Positions 50,156 through 60,577 of a stretch of 64,000 bases of DNA are shown one piece after another; position 1 is the stretch's first letter; each line of letters begins with the position of its first letter. The DNA comes from Syntrophorhabdaceae bacterium (GTDB lineage: Bacteria > Desulfobacterota > Syntrophorhabdia > Syntrophorhabdales > Syntrophorhabdaceae), in assembly GCA_963665295.1 (NCBI GenBank), contig OY762209.1, positions 832,001-896,000 on the forward strand, written 5' to 3'. The notes beneath the pieces are model-generated. The model searched no databases, had not been told where the DNA came from, and saw only the letters and a list, made by a program, of their open reading frames with translations. The position numbers and the translations under genes were made by a program.

Positions 50156-51361
50156 CTAGCCTACCTTGAGAATGAGGGCGGCCGCCGTATCACCGGCGGA
50201 GCAACCCGTCACGAGCCCGTAGCCTCCTCCCAGGAGGACCAGCTCTTCGATAAGCTCACATACCGCCCTGCCTATGGTCGGTCCCTGGGGATGACCATAG
50301 ATGAGGGAGCTTCCGTTGTTGTTCATCTTCATGACGTCACAATTGAACTTCTTGGCAAAGGCGAGGTCATTTATCGCGAAGGGGTTGTGGGTCTTCACGG
50401 CCTTCACGTCGGAGAGCGTGATCCCTGCGTTGGCAAGGGCCATCTCAGACGCCGGGATAGGCGCGGCAGGCATGTATTTCGGTTTGACCCGTGCAAAACC
50501 GTAGGAGACAATCTGTATCTCCGTCTTGGGGTCGGTGCTCAACTCCTTCGCCTTGTCTCTCGTGGTGACGATGATCCCGCAGTTACCATCGGCGGGAAAG
50601 GTCTGGGCGCCGAAACTGAGTACTCCTCCGGGATATTGCGGTTTCAGTTTCGCCAGACCTTCCGCCGTGGTGGGGGTCCATCCTTCGTCTTCTTCGAACA
50701 GTTTTTTCTTCTTCTTGGTTACCGTGACCTCGGGGGCGAACATATAGCGCTTCTGGAACGCCCGGTCGTCGGCCCGGCCTTCCTGGAACTGCTCATAGCG
50801 CCTGAGCACCACTGCGTCGCACTCTTCCTTCGTTATGCCGAAGTCCTTGGCCACATTCTCCGCGGTTTCAGCCATGTATGCGCGGTGTCTCGGGGTACCG
50901 CTGAAATTATCCATGTTCCAGTCTTCCCTGTCGGGTTGACCTCCCGGCCCCAGGGGGTCCGGCCATATGGTGTGGGGACCATTGGAACAACGGTCCGTCA
51001 TGAGCGCGTAGCCTATCTCATAGACACCAAGCTCCATATCTTTTGCCAGGAGATTGAGACACGTGGTCGACGTGGCGCAGGCCTGGTTTACAAACAGTGC
51101 GGGGACAAATTTCTTGTCGTCCGTCAAAATGGCAGCGGCGTAGTTGTGGGACACGAACCAGTGGTTCTGGGCGACCGTGGAACCGAAATACATATAGTCG
51201 ATTATCGTAGGGTCTATGTTTCTCTTCTCGAGGAACCACCTTCTCGCAGTGGCGGGGGCCAATTCAACGGCATTGTCATTCTGCATGCTTCCCTGCCATC
51301 GGGCAAAGGGAGTTGAGTAGTATCCCCCGTAGGGTATGTACGCTTTGGTGTAAGGTTTCAT
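50156..51361 (-). CDS. Thiolase family protein
   Basis: NQACATS, QTFPADG, KTHNPFA, GSSLIYGHPQG, GCSAGD; start at ATG 51361, after GAGGAGG. Confidence 0.9.
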   Translation of the reverse strand: MKPYTKAYIPYGGYYSTPFARWQGSMQNDNAVELAPATARRWFLEKRNIDPTIIDYMYFGSTVAQNHWFVSHNYAAAILTDDKKFVPALFVNQACATSTTCLNLLAKDMELGVYEIGYALMTDRCSNGPHTIWPDPLGPGGQPDREDWNMDNFSGTPRHRAYMAETAENVAKDFGITKEECDAVVLRRYEQFQEGRADDRAFQKRYMFAPEVTVTKKKKKLFEEDEGWTPTTAEGLAKLKPQYPGGVLSFGAQTFPADGNCGIIVTTRDKAKELSTDPKTEIQIVSYGFARVKPKYMPAAPIPASEMALANAGITLSDVKAVKTHNPFAINDLAFAKKFNCDVMKMNNNGSSLIYGHPQGPTIGRAVCELIEELVLLGGGYGLVTGCSAGDTAAALILKVG

Positions 51362-51377
51362 AATTATTCCTCCTCGG

Positions 51378-52142
51378 TTAGAATACAAACAGATCGAGTC
51401 CGCCCATCATGTTGACGACGGCGCCGGTCATGTATGCCGCTTTATCGGATACGACGAAGGCGATGGCCTCGCCTATCTCGGCAGGCTCGGCGGGTCTGCG
51501 AAGGGCGATCCTCTTCTCGAATTTCTGACGGGTCTCTTCAGGGATGGGCTCATAGTAGGCCTCCGTATTGGCCGTGCCTATCAAGACCACGTTGGCGGTG
51601 ATGCCGTGCCGTGCGCCTTCGAGGGCCGCCGACTTTGCCATGCCTATGAGGCCCGCCTTGGCCGCGCCGTAGCTCGACTGGCCGGAACCACCCATGACGC
51701 CCGCTACCGAGGACATGTTGACGATGCGTCCCCACTTCTTTGCCGTCATATCGGCCCATGCCTCCTTGATGCAGTAGAAGGCGGAGTTGAGACAGAGCTT
51801 CACCTCGTTGTCCCAGTCTTCCACGTTGGTCTTCGCAATGGTCACCATGCGGCGCATCTGGGCTGCGTTGTTGACAAGGATGTCTACGGGACCCATCTCC
51901 GCCTTGATGGCGGCGAAACCCTTCTGCACGTCCCCATAGTCTCTTCCGTTCATCCTCACTGCCATGGACCTGCGGCCCATGGCGCGGATCTCAGCCGCTA
52001 CCTTCTCCACGCCGTCCATGTTGTTGAAGCCTGTTACCACCACATCCGCCCCATCTCTGGCGATGGCCAGGGCTGCGGCCCTCCCGATGCCGTGGGGCAT
52101 TGACGCGCCTGTTACGAGTGCAAGCCTACCTTCTGATCCCAT
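51378..52142 (-). CDS. SDR family oxidoreductase (3-oxoacyl reductase-like)
   Basis: TGASMPHGIG, LVNNAA, SYGAAKAG (YxxxK). Confidence 0.92.
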   Translation of the reverse strand: MGSEGRLALVTGASMPHGIGRAAALAIARDGADVVVTGFNNMDGVEKVAAEIRAMGRRSMAVRMNGRDYGDVQKGFAAIKAEMGPVDILVNNAAQMRRMVTIAKTNVEDWDNEVKLCLNSAFYCIKEAWADMTAKKWGRIVNMSSVAGVMGGSGQSSYGAAKAGLIGMAKSAALEGARHGITANVVLIGTANTEAYYEPIPEETRQKFEKRIALRRPAEPAEIGEAIAFVVSDKAAYMTGAVVNMMGGLDLFVF

Positions 52143-52167
52143 AATGAACCTCCCTTATTTTATTGGA

Positions 52168-52972
52168 CTAAAACTCCTTATTATCTGTGTAACCCAACTC
52201 CCCTGAAATGGCATGGGCCGTTGCGGTCGCCTCCCGGACCAGGCTCCTCACGCCTTTCCCGTCTACCGATGACGAGATGAAACTGACGCCGAGTGCCGCA
52301 ATTACCTTGCCGGAAACATTACGAATGGGGGCAGCCACCCCGCCGACACCGTCTATTGCCGTCTCCCGGTCCACTGCGTATCCCTGCTTCCGTATCTCAC
52401 CGAGCCACGCCACGAACCCCTTTTTGCTGGTGAAGGATTTCTTTGCGGTACCCACGAAGGGGCGTTTCCGAAGAAGCCTTCCGATCTCGCTGTCGGGCTG
52501 GTATGCCATGATGGCGGGTCCCACCATTCCCCAGTAAGGCGGGCGGCGGCGGCCGATGTCCGAGGTGAACCGCACCGGGTTCCTCGAACACTCCCTCTTG
52601 TCGATATAGACCAGATCATCGTTATCGAGCACCCCGAGAAGCACGGTTGTGCCGACCCTGGTCTGCAGCTCGGAAAGATGACGGGACGCGATCCCTCCGA
52701 GAGAGAAAAAGCTGTGGACGATGCTGCCGAGCTGGAACAACCGGATGCCGAGGGAATATTGTTTTGTCTCCCTGTCCTGCCTCAGAAAACCGTATTTTTC
52801 CAGGGTGGAACAAAGCCTGAGCACAGTCGCCCGGGGCAGGTTCAGCGTCCCGGAAAGCTGCGCCGGCGTCAAGCCCGTCTTATCTGCTTCGAACACGTTC
52901 AGGATGTTGAGCGCCCTTTCGAGGGACTGATTGTGATACGCCTCTTCCTTGTCCCCGATCATGGGCGCCATC
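52168..52972 (-). CDS. IclR family transcriptional regulator
   Basis: QSLERALNIL, LPRATVLRL, YSLG, GVAAPIRN; exact start uncertain. Confidence 0.9.
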
Positions 52973-53158
52973 CTATGAAACCGCATCCATTGATACGCAC
53001 AGGCACAACAGGTAATCTCCTTTCCCCCGGCGGGAATTCCGCCGGACTCATGGGCGCGAAGCAGGTGACGCATAGGGATATGCAATTCCACTAAAAAACG
53101 GCCACTATCGACGGGTTCGGTTTCATTCCCCTATGCGTCCCACACTCCGCGCTTCACA

Positions 53159-53341
53159 CTACCCCAATATCTCCTTCGCGTCACTTATGTTCAGCTCCAG
53201 CATCTTCGTGCTTGAGAGGAGTCTTACCACATTCCTCTTCACCGCTTCGATGCCCTCACCCAGTCGATCGATCTCCTCCGCGGTTGCGCGGAGCAGTTTT
53301 ATCTTGTCATCCATGGCCTTAAGGTCGTATCCGGTACTCAT
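53159..53341 (-). CDS. Small coiled-coil hypothetical protein (60 aa)
   Basis: AGGAG RBS, 8 nt after the ligase stop; ...AVKRNVVRLLSSTKMLELNISD. Confidence 0.7.
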   Translation of the reverse strand: MSTGYDLKAMDDKIKLLRATAEEIDRLGEGIEAVKRNVVRLLSSTKMLELNISDAKEILG

Positions 53342-53349
53342 GGCTCCTC

Positions 53350-54690
53350 CTAATGTTTTCTCAGGTCTTTGAATCTCTTCGCCTTCACCTCGTACCGGGG
53401 AAGGCTGCCGAAGGGGTGGACCTCCATCTTGTAGCCCAGGTTGGTCTTTACCCTGAGCTGGTCTTTGAGGCGAAGGAGGATGCCGTCCTTGTCCCCCTGA
53501 CACTCCGGCTTGATCTCTATCTTGAGAAGGATGTCGTCGATATCTCCCCTTTTGCTTACCACTACTTCGTACTCGTCGGAAAGCTCATTGAAGCTCCGTA
53601 CCACCTCTTCTATGGCGGTAGGCGCGAGGAGCACACCCTTCACCTTGGTGATGTCGTCGGCCCTGCCCACGACGCCGCCGTCGATGATGCGGAAGGTCCT
53701 GCCGCAATCGCAGGAATAGTCTGCCCAGCGGATCACGTCCTTCGAGTCGAACCTGATGCACGGCTTCGCGATCCTGTCGAAGGCGGTGATGACCATCTTG
53801 CCGTTCCGGTTCGGCTCCTCGATGATCTCGCCCGTGTCCACGTCCTCGATCTCCACGAGGAAGAAGCCCTCGTTCACATGAAGGCCCCTCTGGGCGGTGC
53901 AACTGTAGCTCCATGCGCCTATCTCCGTGGCGCCTATGTGGTCGTACACCTTTGCACCCCAGGCCTCTTCGATCCTCTGCTTCGTGGTGGGTATGCTCGC
54001 GCCCGGTTCTCCCGCACAGGTAATCCTCTTGATGCCGATGGACCTGGGGTCGATCCCGATCTTTCTCGCCGTGTCGGCCATGCCGAGGACGTAGGTGGGG
54101 GTCGCGCCGAAGGCGGTACACTTAAGCTCCTGCATCTTCATGATCCGCGCCTCCGTATCGAGGACGCCTCCCGGCACCACCTCGCAGCCCAGTTTCTCCG
54201 CCGCATAGTGGGCGGCCCAGAAGGCCACGAATATATTGTACCCGAAGGGGATGAACATCCTGTCCGTATCCCGGTAGCCCTGGGCGTAGAGAATATATGC
54301 CCAGCTCTCCGCCCACCAGTCCCAGTCCTGCCATGTATCGGCCTGGTAGACAGGGGTGCCTGTGGTACCGCTGGTCTGGCGGAATTCGGTTACATCCTTG
54401 AGGGGTACGGCGAGGATGTCGCCATAGGGGAAGGGCTCCCTCGTCTGCACGTCCCGGAGCATGCCCTTATCCGTCTTCGGGACCTTCCTGATGTCCTCAT
54501 AGGTCCTGATGTCTCCCGGTTCAATACCTGCGTCCTTGTAGAGCTTCCGGTAGAAGGGTGAATTGGTGTAGGCCCACTCCATTATCCTCCTGAACTTCTT
54601 CACCTGAAGCTCGCGGAGCTTTTCCCGGGGCAGTGTTTCAAGCAGCGGATTCCAATAGATACTGTTGTCTGGCATTCTCGTACCCTCCAT
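53350..54690 (-). CDS. Phenylacetate-CoA ligase family protein
   Basis: QTSGTTGTP, CAGEPG, DHIGATE, GRADDITKVKGV, KAKRFKDLR; substrate not determinable. Confidence 0.9.
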   Translation of the reverse strand: MEGTRMPDNSIYWNPLLETLPREKLRELQVKKFRRIMEWAYTNSPFYRKLYKDAGIEPGDIRTYEDIRKVPKTDKGMLRDVQTREPFPYGDILAVPLKDVTEFRQTSGTTGTPVYQADTWQDWDWWAESWAYILYAQGYRDTDRMFIPFGYNIFVAFWAAHYAAEKLGCEVVPGGVLDTEARIMKMQELKCTAFGATPTYVLGMADTARKIGIDPRSIGIKRITCAGEPGASIPTTKQRIEEAWGAKVYDHIGATEIGAWSYSCTAQRGLHVNEGFFLVEIEDVDTGEIIEEPNRNGKMVITAFDRIAKPCIRFDSKDVIRWADYSCDCGRTFRIIDGGVVGRADDITKVKGVLLAPTAIEEVVRSFNELSDEYEVVVSKRGDIDDILLKIEIKPECQGDKDGILLRLKDQLRVKTNLGYKMEVHPFGSLPRYEVKAKRFKDLRKH

Positions 54691-55396
54691 AGTGTTAAAC
54701 AGTCAGACTTCCTATTTGCCTGCGGCGATGGTCCCGGCTCGCGCCCGGCATTCACCCCGCAAGCTCTCACATCGGCGTCCCATGTTATTCCCGGACCCAT
54801 GAAGACTGCCGAAGTCCATCTAGTGCAATGGGTGTTCATAAAGTGATCATTTCACTGGTATTCTATCCCTATCCGAAAGGAAAATGAATATGGTAATAGT
54901 GGGATTATAATGCTACCAAAATACTCATAGTTCGACGGGAAGCAAGATTGGATATGGTGTGGGGCGATGCCGTGGAATATTCGACGACCATGAGAGGATT
55001 AAGATAGAAATACACGGTGAAGCTCAGAACCGCGTCATCCCATGTCGAATGAAGTATGCGATGTCAGCAGCTTACCCTGACTCCCACAATCGGCCCGCGA
55101 AAGATGGCGTCCCACTCCCGGGCACCTCCACCCTATCGTGTCACTTCTATCTGCCTTTATCGGCACCGCAGATCTTTCTCAGACCCACCCCGTCTTCGGG
55201 GTTGCCGCGAAGAACGGGACGATATCGAGGGAAGCGACTTTCGGTGCCGTCCCTTCCTATTTATGTTTCACTTCAGGGGCCGAGATGATAGAATGACTCA
55301 CCACACAACAGGCCTGAACCACGGTGAACGTGGGCGGAGCCCAATACGGTCCTTGCTGATTACAAAACCGCAGGGGCTGAGAAATAGGGTGAACAT

Positions 55397-55789
55397 ATGA
55401 AGGTATTCGAGGCGATGCGGGGAAATGTGAAATTGTTTGCTGTCCTGGCGGGATTGTTTCTGATGGCGGCCATGATCACCATGTGCACGGACACGCCTTC
55501 TCAAAAGGGCAACGATTTTCCCGTGGGTGAACGGGGCATGCTCAATTCCGGGGGAGAACTGACGCCCGTAGCCGTTGACGAAGAAGCCTTCGTGGAATGG
55601 ACAAAGGCAATGGCGGCCAAAGACGCCGAGGCCAAAACTCGGCTTATAGGCTCGGGCAGGATATTGGCAGCCGAAATAGGGACAACGGTGAGCATAACAG
55701 GCATGGCGCCGTCCGGCAGAAAGGTCGAAATACTGAATGGTTCGCTCCGCGGCCGGACAGTATGGGTGGCTCCGGAGTACATCAGGTAA
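55397..55789 (+). CDS. Hypothetical exported protein
   Basis: Hydrophobic N-terminus followed by an SH3-like tail (KVEILNG..RGRTVWV). Confidence 0.6.
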   Translation: MKVFEAMRGNVKLFAVLAGLFLMAAMITMCTDTPSQKGNDFPVGERGMLNSGGELTPVAVDEEAFVEWTKAMAAKDAEAKTRLIGSGRILAAEIGTTVSITGMAPSGRKVEILNGSLRGRTVWVAPEYIR

Positions 55790-55923
55790 TACGGAGGGGC
55801 GCCCTGCCATCCGGATCCGGTAGGCGTTGCGCCTTTCAGGTGTTTAAACCGGAAGGGGATCACCATTCTTCGTGACCCTTTCCGGTTTATTTCTGTATAT
55901 TCCCCACTTTACTGTTCCCGCCT

Positions 55924-57339
55924 CTAATCCAGGGGGACATTGTTCAATATGCCCGGCGGCACCTCTTTTCCGTAGGGCTGGACGTATTTCTGATCTATTG
56001 CCTCCGTGAGAAGTTTCTTGAAAGTGGACCACTTGACGTCCAGATTCGTGGAGGAGATGCTTGCCCCGGGTATGGCGAGCTGCATCGTCGCGGGCGGCTC
56101 CGTGAGGCTCAGCGATGTCAGGCTGCGCAACTGTTCGAGGGTTTGGGAGGTGTAAAAGACGCGAACAAAATTGCCCATTGATCTGGAATGCCGCAATTCG
56201 AAGACCATCATGCCGCCCGGGGAACAATAGTCCTGTTGGTAGCCGGGCAAAGTCCAGTGGACGCCGAGGAGTCCCGCCATTCCTGCTACGTAGTAATCGG
56301 AGCTGATGACTGCGACGATCCGTGATTTGGAGGTCCCGAATGCTCCCCGGGAATTGCTGCCTGATACGACCTGATTCATGGAGCGAAGGATATGGTTGGC
56401 GGCGTTCGAGCTCTGCACCTGATCAATATAGGGCAGACGCATCTGGATACCTATTTCCAGGACGGTGAGGCGGGTCTCCTGTGAAAGGGTATCCGGCGTG
56501 AGCCGGCCCCAGGCCACGTCGGAGGGGTCGAAGCCGTCGGCGTATTGCATCATAAAAGAGTCGGTGGCCGTTGTCGTGAAGGACAGTCCGCCGAGGTAGA
56601 AGGCTCCTCCTGTTCCCTTTATGGGGTCGTTGACGGTGAGGGCAAACGCTATGGTAGTCGGGTCATAGGAGCCTTGCGGCCCCGGGGGCGCGGGAGGGAG
56701 AGGGGGCAGTGTTCCAGGGGGGTTGATCGGCTGTGTCCCCGGCGGGTAGAGGACACTGCTCACGAGGGCAAGCTCGCCGCGGTACGCGGACGTCAACGCC
56801 GCTGCGTTTTGGAAGAAGCCAAGAATTTCGGCCTGGGCGCGATCAGGGTCGGCTGTCGCCACCTTTGTCTTGATGGGATCAAATACGGGGTCAGGTGTCC
56901 CGAGGGTGTATGAATGGACAGGCACCGTCGCACCGGGGATCAGTCCGGCCCCGAAAAAGGAAGCGGTAACGTTGGAGCGCTGGATGGAATTGGCGCGGAA
57001 ATACAATTTGGGCAGGTCCGTTGAAGTATTGCCCGTGAGAAGTCCTTCATGGGTGAGATAGGCGTTGAAGTAGGCGCCCATGAGACGCGCCGCCTCCTGT
57101 CCGTTGGGGGTCAGGTAGCCCACCGGGACCCCTGTGAAGGGCGGGTAAGGGTCCACCGAAAACTGGTCCAGGGTGGCCTGGGTGTTTGTGCCCGACCGTA
57201 TGCTGTGGCGGCCGAAGATGAGGATCTGTTTGAGTGTACTGTCATCATCGGGCCTGATTGTCTGCGCCAGGACCGGGACGACGATGGTGAGGGCAAGGAG
57301 CAGCCCTATGAGAACAACCTTGAATTTCAACAACTTCAC
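55924..57339 (-). CDS. Secreted histidine acid phosphatase (AppA/Agp/phytase-like)
   Basis: GTG at 57339 after AAGGAGG; signal peptide; GRHSIR, GYLTPNG, QRSNVTA, PGGMMVFEL. Confidence 0.85.
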   Translation of the reverse strand: MKLLKFKVVLIGLLLALTIVVPVLAQTIRPDDDSTLKQILIFGRHSIRSGTNTQATLDQFSVDPYPPFTGVPVGYLTPNGQEAARLMGAYFNAYLTHEGLLTGNTSTDLPKLYFRANSIQRSNVTASFFGAGLIPGATVPVHSYTLGTPDPVFDPIKTKVATADPDRAQAEILGFFQNAAALTSAYRGELALVSSVLYPPGTQPINPPGTLPPLPPAPPGPQGSYDPTTIAFALTVNDPIKGTGGAFYLGGLSFTTTATDSFMMQYADGFDPSDVAWGRLTPDTLSQETRLTVLEIGIQMRLPYIDQVQSSNAANHILRSMNQVVSGSNSRGAFGTSKSRIVAVISSDYYVAGMAGLLGVHWTLPGYQQDYCSPGGMMVFELRHSRSMGNFVRVFYTSQTLEQLRSLTSLSLTEPPATMQLAIPGASISSTNLDVKWSTFKKLLTEAIDQKYVQPYGKEVPPGILNNVPLD

Positions 57340-57687
57340 AATGCACCTCCTTGAGCGATAGACAGCACGAAACCTTACATCCATACTTATCGCCCATTCG
57401 GCGTTGAGCATAAGCGCACCGACCAGGGCGTCAGCCAAAAGGACTGAGTATTTCCGGTTTGACGCAAACAGGCCTTCCTTGGCAAAGTGACGGGCAGTCT
57501 TTTCCTTATTATGATTCCATTGCCCCGAGGAAAGGATCCGGGCCGGAATGGCCGTGCCCGCGTTGTGGGGAGCGGGATGGGGGGCATGGCATGTTTTTTG
57601 ATTGACAAAGGCACACATAATATTATATTACGATAATACATTATTGTTAACTAATAACTAGTTGCTGAAACTAAAACGGGGGAATAG

Positions 57688-58239
57688 TTGAGCATGGATG
57701 GGAAGACAATCCGCGCGACCAGGCTGGTCGGGCTTGGGCGAGTCCTCAAGGTTTTCATATGGCTCGCGGGAAGCGTGAGCGCCTGTGTGGCAGTGTTGAG
57801 GTGGTTCGTGTGTGACGTGAGAGCCTTTCTGCCTCCCACTCTGGCAGCCTTCATGCCGTCCGGTTCGCTCGATATGGCACGGCGGTCGGCCGGTTTCTGC
57901 GCGGAGCTAATGCCGCTTGCCGCGGCGATCTACATTCTTGTCATGCTCTATAGGATAGCTTCGGCGTGCATCGGGGGTACTCCCTTCGGACCGAAGGTGG
58001 GCCTTGTGTGCAGCAGGCTCGGTTGCGGCCTGATCCTCCTCGGCGCTGCAAACGGGCTCTATACCGCGCTGGTCTCGGTTATTTTGACGTATACTCCCGG
58101 CGCCAAAAACCTCAGGATCTCTTTCGGGTTGAGCACGGCGGATCTCTACTTGATGGTGGTAGGGGTCGCGGTCATGATGCTGGGGTACGTGATGGACGAG
58201 GCGTATCGGATCTACCAGGAAAACTCGTTAATCATTTAG
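57688..58239 (+). CDS. DUF2975-like membrane protein
   Basis: TM helices; C-terminal VMDEAYRIYQENSLII; upstream of a YozG-like HTH gene. Confidence 0.8.
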   Translation: MSMDGKTIRATRLVGLGRVLKVFIWLAGSVSACVAVLRWFVCDVRAFLPPTLAAFMPSGSLDMARRSAGFCAELMPLAAAIYILVMLYRIASACIGGTPFGPKVGLVCSRLGCGLILLGAANGLYTALVSVILTYTPGAKNLRISFGLSTADLYLMVVGVAVMMLGYVMDEAYRIYQENSLII

Positions 58240-58246
58240 GGACACT

Positions 58247-58489
58247 ATGCCTATCATCGTCCGGCTTGACCTTATGCTTGCGAAGCGGAAAGTGAGATCC
58301 AAGCAGCTTGCCGAGCATATCGGGATTACCGAGGCCAATCTGTCGCTTTTAAAAAGCGGCAAAGTAAAGGGCATTCGTTTCTCCACGCTGGAAGCCATCT
58401 GTGATTTTCTCCGGTGCCAGCCCGGGGACCTCTTGGAGTATGAGCCTTCGGACGAGGAAGGACCCGGGAAATCATTGAGATCATCATAA
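58247..58489 (+). CDS. XRE/YozG-like HTH regulator
   Basis: IGITEANLSLLKSGKVKGIRFSTLEAIC..CQPGDLLEY. Confidence 0.92.
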   Translation: MPIIVRLDLMLAKRKVRSKQLAEHIGITEANLSLLKSGKVKGIRFSTLEAICDFLRCQPGDLLEYEPSDEEGPGKSLRSS

Positions 58490-58507
58490 TGAAAAGGAGG
58501 AAGTTCT

Positions 58508-58876
58508 ATGAAGGCGATCTTTGCATCTTTACTGGCCGCGGCTGCCCTTGTGCTGAGCGCGTGCGCCACCACCACTCCCATCAACAACCTGGTGCTGCCG
58601 CCCGTAAGTACCATAGAAGGAGCCGTAACCGAGATCGATGAGAACGGCTTTGTTCTCGCCGATGATTCCGGCTCGATCTACGTCCTGGCCAGACTGCCGA
58701 AGAAGGAGAAGATGAATCTCTCCCTTCGCGAGAAAATAAGGGTATACGGCAATCTACAGGGTGGCGAGCAGAGAATATTCGACGGGTACGTGATCAGGAA
58801 AGCCACAGGAGAGCAGATCATCATAAACAACCCGACTCCTCACATGGGCATCATCATCCAGGGCCGGTTCAACTAG
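58508..58876 (+). CDS. Lipoprotein with probable OB fold
   Basis: LVLSAC lipobox; FVLADDSGSIYV. Confidence 0.7.
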   Translation: MKAIFASLLAAAALVLSACATTTPINNLVLPPVSTIEGAVTEIDENGFVLADDSGSIYVLARLPKKEKMNLSLREKIRVYGNLQGGEQRIFDGYVIRKATGEQIIINNPTPHMGIIIQGRFN

Positions 58877-58965
58877 AAGGAAAGCCTGGGAGAGGGAGCT
58901 ATCGAATTATTGGACGTTCCCCTCGTCCCTAAATTCAGGGGAGATGGCAAGGTTGAATTGGACTT

Positions 58966-59037
58966 GGAGACGTAGTTGACGAGCGTGACAAACTCGGTTG
59001 AATCTACGAGTAACTCACGATGGTCAACTACGTCCCC
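58966..59037. mobile_element. Short non-autonomous inverted-repeat element
   Basis: GGAGACGTAGTTGAC (58966-58980) and GTCAACTACGTCCCC (59023-59037), 14/15 complementary. Confidence 0.65.
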
Positions 59038-59051
59038 TATTTACTCCCTGG

Positions 59052-59600
59052 CTACCCAAATTTTAACCGGTAAAGGTCAACAGCAAATCGAAAAATAAAA
59101 CCTGCGGCTGTAAGAGACAATGCAAGGCCGACAAAGCCGACGGCGGCCAAGATATTACTCGTGGCTTTTCGATAGAAAAATGGTGTTTTTATTGCAAAAG
59201 AGAAGAAAACGATAAAGGCAATCACTATCCACAGAACCAAATCCAACCAGTCGAGAAGCAATACCGTGCGGGCAAGAAAATAGTTAAGAGATTCATTTAT
59301 AACCAAGAAGAACAGTTTTAGTCCCCACAGAAGTCCTATGACCAGGAACATCGGGCTTGCCCCCCATCCCTTTGTTTTAACCATATGAACTGTAGACAAA
59401 ATATGGGTCAAAACAATTGGGATGAGAGCCATGAGTGTCAAGAGGGCCCGAATCTCTGCCCGCGTTTTCATGGTGGCAGCAAAGACAAACATTGTGACCG
59501 CAAAACACCACGCATATGCCATATATAGACGTAACAGCTCTTCAACTTTCATCGCAAATAGCCCCATGTTCTGCACCAGCCCCGCCCTCCCCCACATCAC
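59052..59600 (-). CDS. Hypothetical membrane protein
   Basis: About five hydrophobic segments in an AT-richer stretch. Confidence 0.6.
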   Translation of the reverse strand: MMWGRAGLVQNMGLFAMKVEELLRLYMAYAWCFAVTMFVFAATMKTRAEIRALLTLMALIPIVLTHILSTVHMVKTKGWGASPMFLVIGLLWGLKLFFLVINESLNYFLARTVLLLDWLDLVLWIVIAFIVFFSFAIKTPFFYRKATSNILAAVGFVGLALSLTAAGFIFRFAVDLYRLKFG

Positions 59601-59603
59601 TTT

Positions 59604-60149
59604 TCATTGTGAAAGTTCAAATTTAAAAAACACATATTTCCCTTGCTCCTTCTTGAACGAGAACTCGCCTCCCCCACCTCCCGGTCGGTTGTTGTACGCA
59701 GGAACGAACCTGACCACAGTAAGAGTTCCCTCTTCAGTGAGATCAACATGTGTTTTGTTTACGTCTATGTAGTAGAGCTGCGCAATTTCTCTGGTTAGCT
59801 CAATCAGCTTCTTCTTGTCACCTTCAGGGACCGATCTCCAAACAACGTGTCGAAGCTTGATGTCTGAGTAAACATACCCTTTGGGTTCCTTCCGAAAGAA
59901 GACGCTGCCGCTGCCGCCCCGTTGGGAAGGGACCTTTGGCATGAACCTGACTTCGACGTAACCGTCTCCAGTAGTGAAAACAACATAGGATTGACCCACA
60001 TTTATGTAATTGCTCTCCGCAATCTCGCCGGCCGCCTGGATTAGCCTCTCTCTATTCTTAAGAAGATCGCCTTCGGCGCCATATGCATTACCTACTATCC
60101 CGCCACAACAAAATGCTAGGCAGAGAAGCAATGATACCGCTGTATTCAT
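59604..60149 (-). CDS. Hypothetical exported protein with an internal duplication
   Basis: Signal peptide; two similar halves (LI...EIA..YI.V...VRF.P...GG.G...F.KE...YV). Confidence 0.7.
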   Translation of the reverse strand: MNTAVSLLLCLAFCCGGIVGNAYGAEGDLLKNRERLIQAAGEIAESNYINVGQSYVVFTTGDGYVEVRFMPKVPSQRGGSGSVFFRKEPKGYVYSDIKLRHVVWRSVPEGDKKKLIELTREIAQLYYIDVNKTHVDLTEEGTLTVVRFVPAYNNRPGGGGGEFSFKKEQGKYVFFKFELSQ

Positions 60150-60577
60150 TCGGTCCTCGCTATTATGGTGTTATTCATTAGTCTTTATCAGGGCTATACC
60201 CAATTATAGTTTTTGGTGAAACCGTTTTTTGACGGGGCTCGGAACTTAGGGGAACTATTCTTAACCGCCAGCGAAAACGGTTTTACCGATTCGTGGTATC
60301 GGTTTTACCGGCTCACTAATGCTACTCTGGGTGTTGGCATAGGCCCCGACAACATATATTACAATCGTAGTTGCCAAAAGAATCAACACTTTGACAACGA
60401 GCTGCCATGGGCTATTGGCTCTCATTCTTCCATACACCTGAACCTCCTCAGTCACCCAGAACGTGTGCAAAAAGAAGGGCACAGGGCCCAGAGACGCGAC
60501 AGATGCAATGGCGCATGTTGCTGAAGCACTGACCGACTTGTGAAATATGAACCTTACTGCAGACATAAGTATCGTAG

